Shown here piece after piece: positions 14,211 through 28,307 of a DNA stretch of 53,832 nt (its first letter is position 1; each line of letters opens with the position of its first letter). This DNA is from Octopus bimaculoides (lineage: Eukaryota), in contig NC_068981.1 of assembly GCF_001194135.2 (NCBI RefSeq), positions 151,713,115 to 151,766,946 of the forward strand, read 5' to 3'. Position numbers and translations under genes: made by a program. The notes beneath the pieces were generated by a model. It did not search any database and was not told where the DNA came from. It saw only the letters and a program-made list of their open reading frames with translations.

Positions 14211-14504
14211 ATGGTCAGACTTGGTTAGGAACAATTATTATATGTCTGTATGTGAAAATATTTTGTGAGCGTTGAAATTATTGTAAAAGTATTAAGAACA
14301 AGCCAACTGGTATCCACCCAGAGGCTACTACATAGGTCATACCCATTTAAGAAAACATCATCCATGACAGCAACTGCTCAGTGCGCACAGACAAACCACT
14401 TCCATTGTGGAGCGATAATTTCAAAGGAAAATTACTAAGCATAAGTGAGTATCTGGGCAAGTAACTTTATTTATACGTGCAGGATAGATTGGTTGAGTCA
14501 CTAG

Positions 14505-14635
14505 AAGGTTGGTATTTGTTCCGGCTCTTTGCATTATGGGATTAAATCCCACTTAAAATCAGCTTTTCATTTCATTCTTGTGAGTTCGATAAAGTATCTC
14601 TCAAGGACTAGAGTCGATATAATCGACTATTTACC
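14505..14635 (+). mobile_element. SINE family B, decayed
   Basis: gagttcgataaagta...gagtcgatataatcgact. Confidence 0.45.
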
Positions 14636-15617
14636 TTGTTTGCACTGCTGATATTATTCATGGGTCAGGAACAATTATTATACGCTTGTATGTGAAAATA
14701 ATTTGTGAGTGTTAAAATTATTGTAGAAGTGTTAAGAACAAGCCATCAAATCACTACCTGGTTCCCGGCATATATATTCCCTACCACTTCTATATTATAT
14801 ATAATTGCATATATATTTCTCTGTGTGTGGCTGTATGTGTGTGCGTATGTGTGTTTACATACACATATGCTTATGTGCGTGTGGGTAGGTGGATAAGTGT
14901 GTTAAAGAAAAAGAATAAGTAAAATTGTCTTTGGAGGGTTTAGATATCTTTTGAGGAAGAAGAGTGAAAACGAGAACATCAAAAACCACTGAACTGTGAC
15001 ATAACGAGACCCGATGAAAAATACCTAATAGATAGGAATAATGTGGCATGCGGAATTTCTTTCTCTCTCTTTCTCTATCCCTCTCTCTCCCCCTCTCTCT
15101 CTTTCTCTCTCTCTCTCTATCTCTACCTCTCTCTCCTCTGTCACTCGCTCTTCCACACTCTTTCTCATATACTCACACACACACACACACACACAAGCAC
15201 CAACGCACCACATGCATACATGCACGTCACACATACATATACATATTTCATGCTTGTATTTATTTTGGAAGATCCTTGATGTGAAACGGTGTGTTGAAGT
15301 AAATATGGCATCTTGGGAGCCTGGGTCATTTAGCCAACAAAAACAAACGCATTGATTCTAATTCACCTCTATTTATTGTTTTTAGTCAACTAGGTATCTA
15401 ATTAATGGGTACTTGACAAATCGATTTATTAATCAATTAATCAGCTGTTATGTCAGAGTCCTTACGGCGCCATCCGTGGCCACATCATCGTCTGTTCCAT
15501 GTTTGTCACATTTATCAAGCACGAATATTTTATTTTGGCTTTTGCTTCTGGTACTCACAAATTTTAATGATCATAACGGTGTCTATTTACTTCTGGTGTA
15601 TATATACAGACTTCTGC

Positions 15618-15666
<49 letters not shown>

Positions 15667-18195
15667 GTATATGAATACGAACGTACAGAAACTGCCTTTA
15701 TCTCTCTCTATACAAATACTGTAAATTGCTTGCAGTATAAAGATTAAAATGATTTATGGCCGTATTTGCAAATTCTTATCGTCTTTTTATTCTTGTATTT
15801 GGAGAATGTTTGTCTTCTACATTTCAAATTTTTTGTTAGGAGCAAAAATATGCATAAGGAAAATAAGACAAGGTAGAAAATGCTAAAATTATTTTATCAT
15901 GAACTACATTTTAGTACCGGTTTCCGACTTTTAGACTTTTCAGCTAGAGTGAATGCTAAATTAACATAACTAGCTTATATGAGCTAGAAGGAGATGGTCC
16001 AAAAGAGGAAGAAGTTGGAGGTTAAAACGATATAAAATACGAAGAAAACAATATAAAAAATACACAAATATTAATACAAAAATAGTAGAAGTCAAATCGG
16101 GGGGGGGGGTAATATAAGAAACAATAAGAAAAAATCCGGATAGTAAAGTAAGATGCATATAAACTATTTAGAAGGGTTGGAGAAGGGTGGTAAATATAAA
16201 AGTAAAGAAATAAAATAAGAGTTAAAAAGAAGGGGGATAAGAAAAAACATAAAAGTAGAAAAAAAGAGAAATAAAGAGAAATAAAGATAGATAAAGAGAT
16301 AAAGAGATCTAAAAGGGTGCTTGCAATTATCAAGTATTACCTCTAAAATTTATATATATATATATCGATGTATATCTATTTATATATATAATTGTCTACG
16401 TATATCGATATACGTGTATGTGTGTGTGTGTGTCTGTGTGAGTGTCTGTGTTCTCTTGTGACTTTCACTTTCACACCTCCGACTCCTCACACATATTACA
16501 TCTGTCGGCAGTCCCAGCATCATTTCTCCCAGTCCTTCCTATCTTCCCGGAAATCCATCCTACACAAGTTTTTCCTGCATCTGTCAGCTTTAAACTTTTA
16601 ATGAACCATGCGAAAATTATAGGCAAACGATTGCGAAAACAGTTTTTATTAAATATATGTTTTCTGAAATAATTGTCCATTTAGAGAGAGTAGAAAGAAC
16701 ATTTTTCAAATTGCTTTTTTTTTTTGCGATTATTTCAGTTCTAAAAATATATATTAATCCAACCGCAATACTATAAGGCAAATAATTTATTGAAATTAAA
16801 TTAAAATTTGCTGCAAATTAATTATGAAACAACATACTGTATTTGGAAACTGAATAGAGAGAATAGCTCTAAAAGATTGGATAAGAATCATAACAATTAT
16901 GAAACTGAAATTATTAAGAACAACGAAACTTCTTCAATCATCATTGCTTTTGTTTTGATGCCTTTTAGAGGTATCAAGGATTACATAATATCTAAGGCAT
17001 TCTACCAAATTTTGAGGAATTAGGGTGTAGTTTGAATGAGGTTGTTATCTCTAGTAGGTTGAACAACCGTGTAATGATTGATTTGAGTATTATAAGATCA
17101 TATCGCATAGAGTTCAAAAGTCCAGCTAAGAGAGCTGAATGTGTCTTTAGAACTATTTGCCATAGAATACTTGAACAGAGAATCAAGTTTGCAGAACACT
17201 AAAACGTATTTTAAGCAGATTGCTGGATGTGCTTGAAGTGTGCTAAATGTTTGAGTATCTTTGCTGGCAATATTTGGTTAAATCATATTATGATTTAACT
17301 CGCATTAAATAACTTCTAACTTCGATCGCATAATTATCTTTGAATATATGTGGGTGCTAGTTTGTTAGGTCTATTACATAACTTGTCACTTTATAGCAAG
17401 AGAAAGACAAATCAGAAAATTGGTATAAATGTTAAAGTGCTGTTTTAAAAGTTTTTCATTGGCATGCGTTCCAGATATTTACGTTCCGACTAATTATCGT
17501 CGAAATCGATAACTAAAATACCATTCAAGTACAGGGAGCAATTTCGAGAGAAGCGGTCCTCCCTCTCTCAAAATTGATGGTCTTGAGCTTGAATAGTCCC
17601 CCCTCTCTCCTTTCTCTTTTTCTCTCTCTCTTTACCGAAACCTTAAAATCCTCTTTGATTGATATAATGCAGGATTCTAGTTCTTAATCGATTTAGTCGT
17701 TTACACATTTACTCGGCACTTTTATGGCCATGCGACAATGTAAGAAATAAATATTTTCATTAAAAAATAGATGGTTTGAAGGGAGTGGTAATTCCCCAGT
17801 GATCCAATTCAACGATATGGTTTGTGTTATTAACGTTACTTTGATCTTAGAAAAGAACAGACATCAAGGTTTCTGTTTTACTCTTTTATTATCATTTAGA
17901 TTCAGATAAAAAAAAAGATAGATCCCTTGCAGAATTTTACGTCAATATAATAAATACCAGTCTATGATCCAGCTTTAATTTCACTATTCTTTTCCAAACT
18001 GTTTTCTGACAAACCAACTGGACAGCCCCTACCTGGTTTTTCTGTCTGTTACAGACAGCAGTCAAGTCATATTTAAATCACTGCCTACCTTCTTATAATA
18101 AAAAAAAATACATTGAATAATGTTATTCTGGATACACTTGTTTGACAAAGGCATAAATAAAGTAGCACTATGGCCTCGAATGGATTGGACACATT

Positions 18196-18480
18196 CATGG
18201 CTGGGAGGTTAAGAAGTTCGCCTTGCAACCGTGAGATCTTGAGTTCGGGCCCACTGCTTGAAATCTTGGGTAAGGGAATTTACCTAAGCTTCGTTTCTGC
18301 TCAGTTCTTGTGGGTGAATCTGGACAGTTAGAAGGACTATTCTAGTAATTCAAAGTTCCGCTTCGTCACGCTTTTGTCACATTGACTCTACCCGAGAACA
18401 CATTAAAGATACGCGTATTTACGGAGTTCTTTGGCGCTTCGCAATCTAATTCAATTAAATGATCAAACACCTGGACGCTC
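18196..18480 (+). mobile_element. Decayed tRNA-derived SINE (A-like head, D-like core)
   Basis: ggttaagaagttcgcc..gagttcgggccc head; tgtcacattgactctacccgagaacac core. Confidence 0.45.
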
Positions 18481-19164
18481 ATACGTCGAATTCTAAGAGT
18501 TGTCGTTATAAATTTGATGGATCAGAGTTGTTCTAATCAACAATAACAAGAACTTGGTCGTTAGAATGACAACCATTTCACACTAGTTGGTTTCAAAATC
18601 CTAAGCCTATTTTAGCCTAACAAAAATAGATGGTAATCATAAGACCCTTGCGTTGTAATTTACGGATTAAATGAAAGTTTGCTGTAAATCCAATCCATAG
18701 TTGCACTTTACTTTTACAGGAAGGTGCTTCAATCGTAACCATGGCGGACTCTTTCGTATAATGTTTTACTATAGATACACTTTCAAATATGCTGTGATTC
18801 TTGCCTTTTTAAGAAACACATAACTAAATAATTGAACACCCGAAGAGTGGCAACTGTAAAACTCATAATTATAGTAATATGAGAAGTTTATCGCTTTTAG
18901 CATAATTATATAAAATTAAAAGCCATTTCTGATGATAAAAATAAACATAAAACGCAACACGAAAAATAACAATTAATATTCTGTTAAGAAGAAAACACGC
19001 TAGAAAACTCCTAAATTAATTGTTTATTAAAATGAATTTGAATATTAAAATAAGATAAAAACACTAAAAAGTACTTAGTGGTTAATATTTTTTGTATAAG
19101 TTTTAATATTTTGGGGTTATATTTTACGTGTTATACAATTATAAATAAAAAGACTTCGTAACCA

Positions 19165-19325
19165 CGTAAAATTCAGGTTCATTTCCACTCAATAGCAGCT
19201 TGGGCCAAGGTTTCCTCATAATTTCAGGTTTTACTAAGGTTTTAAGATTGTAATTTGGTCAACGGAAATTGGACAAAAGCTTCTTTTGTATATATCTGTG
19301 TGTTTATGTATGCGTGTGTGTGGCA
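19165..19325 (+). mobile_element. SINE family A, decayed 5' half
   Basis: caggttcatttccac...cttgggc...tttggtcaacggaaatt. Confidence 0.45.
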
Positions 19326-21162
19326 GATGTGTTTTGTTGAGTCTTTCTGTTTATGTTCAACTGTAAATCCTGAAATCCTCATGTAGTATCGCTTAAGCCA
19401 AAGTGTAACATGACGATTCCATAAATATAGTTCGATAAAATAAATAGCAATTTGAAATAAACCACTGCCGTTGCTATGATCGACTAAAACACTGTCCAAT
19501 GAGTGAAATCAATAAAAGAACATCAAAGGATATTTCAATATATAACATCGTATTCCAATATGTGTATGTAGCCTGATTAAGATCATTTTTTGCACAGATG
19601 TAGTTGCTTGAGATATGTAGTGTTGATGTAATTTTCATAATGGCTGGAGACAATCATCCTGAGACGCTATTCAGAAGGAAAACAGTTAGTAGAGTAGGCA
19701 GTAGCACACTTCATTTGACGAACAAGAAAACTTTAACTCTTTCGTTACTATATTTCTAACTTATATCTTTCTGTTAAACTCTAAAATAATCGTGAATTTA
19801 GACTGGTCTAACGTTAATTTATTTATCAACATATTAATGTGATTTTGGGATCACAATTGAACAAAAGGTTTCTTAACTAAATCTGTTTCATAATTTTTGT
19901 CTCAAAACGAATCTAATTACATGTAAATACCGTTTAATTCAACAAAGTATAAAATTATTTAAATTCTGTTTAAACATCAGCATAGAAAATGAATTATTAG
20001 CTAACATTTAATGCGTATACAACATAATTTTAATAGAGAAGAGTTGTGAAAATTAATGCACATGAGACAGATATACCCTAAAGGTAAAGTAGAAGGAAAT
20101 GGTTGTACCATCAAGGTAAAACAGGACTAAGTGCTAGGATTTGTCTTTGAAGGAAACTAGGAAATGAAATACAAGTCATCAAGTAAATGAAATAAATTCT
20201 CATGTATAAATAAATACAGAGAACCGCATGTGATAATGATTCACAATCCAAATTAATCAAAAGTTATCATACCTCTAACAGGTAAATTAAAATTACAGGT
20301 AAATGAAAACGAGCTAACTTCGAAAAATATATTTGTAAATCATATATTTACACACACACACACACACACTATTCCTAAAAGTGCTCGAATTCCTAACGTT
20401 CCTCAAAGTATGAGGGAAACCTCATAATATTTTTTCCTCTTTGTTTACGCTCTGCGTAAAGATTCGTTTACTAAGTAATCGATTTAAAGACAAAATAAAA
20501 GCAAAAATAATTTAAAGGCAAAGACTGTGACTAAGGTATAACATTTTCCCAAAAATAATTGAAAAAAAAAAACAGTTTTTAAATTCTTATCAGGTGCATA
20601 TCCACTCTTTTTGTTTTTTAATGCTATCGGTGTCAGAATTGTTTTACTTTCGGAACGACAGCTATTTGATACATAATCGCACAAGTGGTTTTTATGTTTG
20701 CCAGAAATTTCCTTACATTTTTCTATGTCTTCTTTCGAAAACACTTCGAATTCAAACTCGCTGTTAGACAACATGAAACTGGTGTCCATTTTTTGTCTGT
20801 GGTGAAACATTTCAGAAAATCGAAGAAGAAAAAAATGGTAAAAATATCTCAAAAAATTCACAGCGCTCAGATATCGTGTGCAATAATAGTGGACAGTATA
20901 TCACAATTGCTTACGTAGGTAAACCACGTGTTTCCACGAATGTACTAACGTGAATTTTGCTGAATTTTTCATTAAAATAGGAATAGATCATTTCGGGCGG
21001 TTAGGTAATCACCGCTGCATTAAAAGGAGATACAATAACAGATCAATACTTAAATCTCTTCAGCATATCTATATTTGATTTTTGCACTACTACATGTTCG
21101 AGATCATGCATTATGCACTAATGAAAATACAGTATAGGCACCACTACACTCATACATACATA

Positions 21163-21194
<32 letters not shown>

Positions 21195-21280
21195 TAAACA
21201 CATACATATATTCATAGTCATACATACACTCATAGACATACATATATACATGCATACATATAAGCACATACATATACATG

Positions 21281-21346
<66 letters not shown>

Positions 21347-21351
21347 TACAT

Positions 21352-21673
21352 ATCTTAGCTGCTTTCTCGCATACGAGCAAGGCCATTGCTAGAAAGAATC
21401 ACTGAAACGAGTCATTGTTAAAACAATGTGAGGCCCTTGTATAACTCTGGAGCCCGGCGAATGATTTGCACATTCTATTGCATAATGTACAGTTGTGCTG
21501 GCTGGCAGAAGGAACGGGTTCTACAGTATGAACTCTTTTGGCATGTCTTTTCAATCCCCCAAGTTGCGCATGTTCTGTTGTGGACAAAATCCATATCACA
21601 ATTTACCATCGGTCTATTCCTATGAGATCTCTGGTGACTTACCAGGCTCGCAGGACTCAACCACCTCCTCCCA
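21352..21673 (-). mobile_element. RTE LINE 3' end fragment
   Basis: C-terminal zinc-finger-like CTLCNRMCKSFAGLQSY and LSPASLVSHQRSH; same 3' UTR as 36263-36300. Confidence 0.75.
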
Positions 21674-21681
21674 TATATACA

Positions 21682-21721
<40 letters not shown>

Positions 21722-22019
21722 GGACAGACAAGCCGTGACAAGGGCAGGGAATGCTTACATATAAACAGTTGCATAATATGCATGATTATGCCAATCGGTT
21801 ATGCATTATCGGAAAAAGCTGTAAAGTTGATAACATCATGCAAATTGTATTGGAAATTTTTATATAAATGCATTCCATATACTTGTTATTTTTTTGTTTG
21901 TCTCTTCTATCACAGCCACTCAACGAAGATTGTTCTTAATACCAATTTATTATCTCCGCATTACTCATTCTTGATGAAGAATTTGAAGTTTAAATTCCAG
22001 ATTTCCTTAAGTACTACCT

Positions 22020-22910
22020 GATGATTATCTACACCACGCTTACATTAGAATTTTATGCCCCATTACAATACACTTCTCGGGCTTTGGGTTTCGCCTTGAA
22101 CTACAACAGACTCTGCACTTCCTCTCAGATCATGGGCTCAACTCTCCTCCCCTCTTCATCAAACCTTCCTCTCTCCTCCCTTCCTCTCACATCTACTTCC
22201 TCCCACCCACCTCTCCTCTCTTGCTCTGGCATCTGCTTCCTCTCTTCACTCCTACCCACCTTCTCCCTTCCATTCTCTCCCTTCACCGTCACCCCACCCT
22301 TCTTACCCCACCCCTACACATTCCAACCCCACCATCCCTATACATCTCATCCCACTCCCACTCCATCCCTTAGGCCCCACCCTTGCTTCTCCCATTCTCG
22401 CCTCCCCCACACCCCAACACCACCACACCACACACCATCATACCACACCACACCACATCACACCACCTTGCACACACTAGTACTGACCACTTCCCAGCAC
22501 CCACACCAGCGCACACACTAGCACTGACCACTTCCCAGCATCTAAACCATCATCCACACAGCTACACATGCACACACGCACACGTCAATGTCACTAGCCC
22601 CTTCCACACGCACATACACGCGCTCACATACATACGCACGCGCACCTTCGTTTTGGGATTACCACTACTTTATTATCTCCCCTTCTTCCTAGCTCTCCTG
22701 TGTGACCCCTCTGTCTGGCATTCGCCATGATAGATCGCTAACCACTAAATCTTTTCCTATTTTCTCTCCCTGTTTATTTCTGTTCCTTTCTGTCGAAGAG
22801 CGTAGGCTCGAAACCTAAAAGATTTTCTCACTTCCCGAGCGTTAAACTGATACATCTCTTTGTTGTTTACACACCCGTCTTCGTCCTTTGTTTTTGTAAA
22901 TTCTCACTAT
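22020..22910 (+). mobile_element. PLE remnant: C-terminal tail plus C-rich pLTR with HHR
   Basis: ...HGLNSPPLFI resembles a PLE endonuclease C-terminus. C/T-rich block, HHR motif at 22786-22821, ends in a (TA) tail. Confidence 0.55.
22786..22821 (+). ncRNA. Hammerhead-like motif, variant core
   Basis: cttt-CTGTCGA-a-GAGC(gtag)GCTC-GAAA-ccT-A-aaag; stems I and II pair; A6>U and stem III broken. Confidence 0.5.
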
Positions 22911-23266
22911 ATATATACATACATACATATGTATGTATATACGTATGTATGTATGTATGTATGTGTGTGTTTGTTTTATGTATGTATGTATGTATGTATG
23001 AAAAAATTAAATTTCTCATGATCAAAAACGTTTAGAGAACTTTAATATGCATGTATTAAATTAGAACCTACTTAAAAAGATATTACTATGTTTGGTGTAC
23101 ATTTTTCTTCAGTTCTGTTACGCGTTAGAAAGAAACATTTCACTCACCAACCAAAACTTTTACAAGTGAGAAGGTGAATGCTTTCTCTGCATATGTAGTG
23201 ATTATTTTGCAGTACTTAGTCTTACTAAATATGTAGCCAAGTAGTTGACTTTAATTTGATGATATA

Positions 23267-23437
23267 TATCTAACATTTCGTTTGTCTTTACATTGAGTTC
23301 AAATTCCGCCGAGGTTGACTTTGCCTTTCATCTTTTAACGTCGATAAATTAAGTACCAGTTGCGTGTTGGGGTCGATCTAATCGACTCACTCCTTCCGCC
23401 CGAGATTTCGGGCCTTGTGCCTAGAGTAGGAGAGGAT
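23267..23437 (+). mobile_element. tRNA-derived SINE, family B (core resembles the Meta-domain type)
   Basis: gagttcaaattccgccgaggttgactttgcctttcatc...gtcgataaattaagtaccag...ggggtcgatctaatcgac. Confidence 0.8.
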
Positions 23438-24329
23438 ATATATCCAACATATCTTTATGGCATTTTGATTACTGTGCAATCGATTTTGCTTGCTATATCT
23501 CGAAACATGCCCAGTTAACCTCCAAATAACTTGCAAAAGAAGCAAAATACATAAATCCAGGAAAGAAACAATTTTTTCAAAACATCTTGCTTAGCAAACA
23601 TTTATTTTTAAATCTTTCTAACTTAATTAGTTTCCGAGTAACAAAAGCAGATTCATAATCAATCAAAGAAATGGAGCATAAACAATGGTAGCTTGTTTTG
23701 GTGATTGTATGTGTTAGGCTCAGGAAATGACGTTATTGGTGCAGTTAATCACAATTTAAAGGAACAGATTTTAAATTAAATTAATAAAATAACCGCTAAC
23801 TGCACTAAAAATATCATAACAAATAATACAAGTATAATATAACTATAAATTTATATGTGCATAAACGCACATTCTAAAAGAAGATTGACAAATGATATCA
23901 TAGTATCTTTTTAAAATCATGTTCGCCTTTCAAATATACATACTCTTTTAAATATGGTTCCAGACATTTTGAGTGTGCTTTATATGTACCAAACAATCAG
24001 TATCCAGATCTTGGTACAGTTTTGAAAGAATTTTAATTGAATATCATATCAGATATTTGATCATTTTAAAGTAATTTAACATATTAATAATAATTTTATG
24101 AATTCCCTGAGTTACGTGTTATAAAGGAAATATAATTAAGTAATAATAATTTTCGTTGACAATGATGCCTCTGATTTTGGTTTTGCAATAGAAAACTATT
24201 GGCTATTATTTATACAGATTTACACAGAAAATATATTTTCTACTGAAAAGCCATAAAAAATTAATCAAAATACAAGTGCTACAATAATTTATCTATTTTA
24301 CGTTTCTTTGTTTCATATCTAAGAACTAC

Positions 24330-24600
24330 TGATGAAGTTGGTGTTGATATATACATGGCAATGTCTACTAGGAAACCATGTGACAGAAGGGAATTTCAAT
24401 AAATTGCAACTTTAACAAAGCGACATAGAAAGAGAACTGAGTGAAGTGTTTCAAGTAGTATATTGGTGATGATACGTAGTGAAGGAGACGGAAAGTGAAA
24501 GGGTACGTGGTTTTGGATGAAGGCGGTATGAAGCTATTTAGTTGTGAAGAACAGGCGTCCTTTTAATAGCAGTAGGAGGCGAAAAGAAACAAATCTGCAA
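24330..24600 (-). mobile_element. Old CR1/L2-like LINE 3' remnant
   Basis: Minus strand HPKPRT-like motif followed by a decayed LWNSLP-like segment; weak. Confidence 0.35.
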
Positions 24601-25689
24601 GTCTGTGAGTAGCTGAAGATAATATACATATTATCTTTACAACAAATGAATGAAAATGTCTGGAGAAAGTTTTCTTTCCATCATAGATAAAAAGGCTTCG
24701 AAAAACTGACCTTTGTAGATTCTTAGACAACAGTTGCAAGAAAATTCCATCATTATTATTTCCTAATTATTTTTCTTACTGCCGTACACAAACTAAACTG
24801 CATTGTTACAAAAGATCAAGTTCCTTTCACATACATTTCAATGAATCTACTTATCTTCAGGCTTCAATTCAATCAGCAACGTCCATATCCTATCTTTTCA
24901 GTACTGTACCATTATATTCAAGTCTTTGATGACACTAATTATACATAGATTAATTTTATTTAGGCTAGATCAATACTGTAGTTTGTTTTTATGCCGTATT
25001 ATTGAAATACTTCCAAATGCTGAGTTTCTGACAAAATGTGGCAAATTTAATTCTTAAAATACATCTGTTATAAAGTAGTCGAAGGAAATGGACGAATGGC
25101 CATAATCTTTATGTAAGCATCATTGGTTGATAAGATCAATGCAGTCGATGTTCCAGTTATTTTTGTTGTAATTATGTAGTTTGCAGTTTGAAGGATTATG
25201 AATAGTGATTTGAAAGTGAAGCACATTTGTGGATGATGAGAGAAGATGAAGGTTACATTATAGCAGCAGTATTTAGGACACAGAAAAACAGCATGGTTGA
25301 GTGCTAAAAGTTGTAGTGTGCTAATTAAGTGAAAGGGTACCATTAGAACTGGCTGTTGATTGATTATATTCCTGATATCTGCACCAGATATCAGGACTCT
25401 TATATGTAAACGCAACTCTTAACAATATTATATATTTGAGATCACCATAGTAGATCAACAGAGAGTTTAGGTACTTCGGGGAATTTAGATCTTTGTTTCA
25501 TTGACAACTGACATGTTAAATATGCTGATTACATTTTCTTCAGATAGCTGGCACTTCTCACTTGCAATATTTCACTCGCATTCCATCTGTTAAATCCAGC
25601 AACAGTTTCGATTGTTTCCATGTTGTTTTAGGTTTTTCTTTTTTTTATCATGAACGTGGTTTCGTAAAATATACAGCTTCGTTTTTTGC

Positions 25690-25743
<54 letters not shown>

Positions 25744-25956
25744 CCTTTCTACTAAACGCACAAGACCTGAAATTTGGGGGGAGGGGAATAGTTGATTACA
25801 TTGACCCCAGTGTTTCACTGGTACTTAAATTATCGACCACGAAAGAACGAGAGGCAAAGTCGGCCTCAGAGGAATATGAACTCAGAGCGTAACAACGGGC
25901 GAAATGATGCTAAGCATTTCGTCCAGCGCGCTAACGATTCTGCCAACTCACCGCCT
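25744..25956 (-). mobile_element. SINE family B, full length
   Basis: Head aggcggtgagttggcagaatcgttagc; same core; (ATT)n tail at 25691-25743. Confidence 0.8.
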
Positions 25957-26142
25957 AACTGGGACCCACCTACAAGGACATACGCTGTCTGGTTATCTTG
26001 ATATAAGAACACCATGTTCCGCACATATGTTTGTGATGCATGTGCCTGGTGTACTCATATCAGGCGGATAATCATCATGGGTAGACTGGGCTTTGTATAT
26101 TTTTACACAGTGTCACTTTGATGGCATGCGCGGCTCTCTCGC

Positions 26143-26144
<2 letters not shown>
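25957..26144. repeat. Family C partial copy
   Basis: cgcacatatg.ttgtgatgcat.tgcctgg...tgtcactttgatggcatgc shared with 28113-28295. Confidence 0.7.
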
Positions 26145-26218
<74 letters not shown>

Positions 26219-26250
26219 TGATGATGATAATCATAATAATAATAATAATA

Positions 26251-27306
26251 CAAATTCCTAAATTAGACGTACTAGAAATAAGCACACAAAAAGCTTAGCG
26301 TATGAAAACCTCTGCTAAAACTGCTGCTTTAGATATTCTTAATGATAAATGGCAAGAAAACCTCTCAGTGACAAATACCCAAAGAGAGCTAATAATGCCA
26401 ATGTTGACGAAGCCCTTACCCATCAATGGTTAATGTCTTCTGGCTTAAAATCAGAAACAGAAGAGTTTATCATAGCAGCCCAAGATTAATGCTTACCGAC
26501 AAGAAACTACCAGGCCAACATATTAAAGAAAGGTAGTAGCCCAACATGTCGTGTATGCCAAAAACAAAAGGAAACCATTGATCATGTTGTCTCCATGAGC
26601 AGTCTTCTTGCGCCGACAGAGTATCTCAACAGGAATGACAGAGCAGCACAATATATTCACTGGCTAATTTGCAAAAAGCTGGACCTGCCCCATGATAAAA
26701 ACTGGTGGGAACACAAACCACTTTCAGTGCTTGAAAATGATCACATCTCACTCCTTTGGAACTTCACCGTTCAAACTGAGAGAACGATAGTTGAGAATAG
26801 GCCAGACAGTATATAGAAAGACTTCAGACAAAAATCATGCCTCCTCATCGATATGACTGTCCCAATCAACATAATTGTATCTGTCAAGACCTACCAAAAA
26901 CTAAGCAGGTATAAAGATTTTAAAAAAGAAAGTGGCAAAATGTGGAACCTCAAGACTAAAACAATACCTGTTGTCATAGGTGCCCTAGGAATGATAGCAA
27001 AAGCGGCTGATTCCTATCTAGCTCAGATACCAGGAAACCCCAAAATGGCAGAAATTAAATTAATAATGCTCATGGGAACTGCCTATATACTACGTAAAAT
27101 ACTGTCCATGTAATCTCAAAATTTTGAAACAAACTCATAATTTTCTTATGTTTTCTTAAACATTCTCTAGAACAATACTACGTGGAAAACCAAATATATG
27201 ACATCGTAGGCATAACACCAACATGAATTTCTAACGTGTTGTCTCTTGAGGTCTCTGGGTGAGACTTGGAACCAACTTGTACAAATACAAAGCAAAATGC
27301 AAACAT
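26251..27306 (+). mobile_element. Dong-like R4-clade element, 3' half, in (AAT)n
   Basis: LKSETEEFIIAAQD, CRVC...ETIDHVVS, LWNFTVQTER...NRPD, LIDMTVP, KLSRYKD, PVVIGALG; stop at 27113, 3' UTR, (AAT)n on both sides. Confidence 0.9.
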
Positions 27307-27325
27307 ATAATAATAATACTAATAC

Positions 27326-27374
<49 letters not shown>

Positions 27375-27740
27375 TAAAAGTGACAACAAAAGAATGAGAC
27401 ATCGATATTAGGTAAATAGAAGATTACTTATATATGCATGATTTAGGACAATCACTAAGTTGTCATTATAGTACTCAGAGGTTTTCTACCTATTAGAGTA
27501 ACAGTTTTCCATAGCGTCTATTGCCATAAATAGCCAATGAGAATGCATCGTAGCTCTTCACTCCGACATTCAAAACTCCAAGTACTATATTGACAACTTA
27601 CTGATTGTCCTAAATTATACATGTATATATATATACATGTATATATATATATACATATATACATACATATATGTATATATATNNNNNNNNNNACATAAAA
27701 TAATAATAATAATAATAATAATAATGATGATGATGATGAT

Positions 27741-28295
27741 GCCCTGATGCAATACCAGGCACTGGCTATCATAGCCTATGACCTTAACTGATTGAAAGTG
27801 TTATCATGTACATGTTTTTTTTCTTGATATAAAAGATGGACTACTGCAGATATTCTGCTCAATACCACAAATTTGCTTGTCAGTTGCTTGACCTTATCCA
27901 GTTGAGCATGTCGCTTAGTGGCTGACGATATGTGAACCTCTGGTCGTAAGCAGAAGTAGTAAGGTAGCATGATAGCCATGTGTTGAGAGGAATTCTTTGG
28001 AACTTCAATAATTCGCCTTTGAAAACATGGGTGTTTCGTTCAATATCCTTAAACAGCCCTTATTCAGGTACCTTTTGAGTGCAATGGACTACTCGACCGG
28101 AAGAAAATTCTTACTAGGCTCCTCCTGTAAGGTTATGCACTGCTTATCTTGATAGGAGATCATCATGTCACGCACATATGGTTGTGATGCATATGCCTGG
28201 TCTACCCATATCAGACGGGTAGTTATGATGGATATATTGGGCTTCTTATATTTTACCCCACTGTCACTTTGATGGCATGCACTGCTCTCTTACTC
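27741..28295. repeat. Unclassified non-coding interspersed repeat (family C), bounded by (GAT/AAT)n
   Basis: Its last 185 nt recur at 25957-26144, with the same end before (AAT)n; no TE protein recognisable. Confidence 0.7.
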
Positions 28296-28307
28296 AATAA
28301 TAATAAT

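Noticed and set aside
20484-20918. Overlapping 125-aa and 77-aa ORFs
   Set aside because: Low-complexity F/K-rich translations with no recognisable domain; kept only as a speculative UTR-exon candidate.
25370-25396. 11-bp perfect stem tcctgatatct-gcacc-agatatcagga
   Set aside because: Short, isolated, and lacking supporting context; may be chance.
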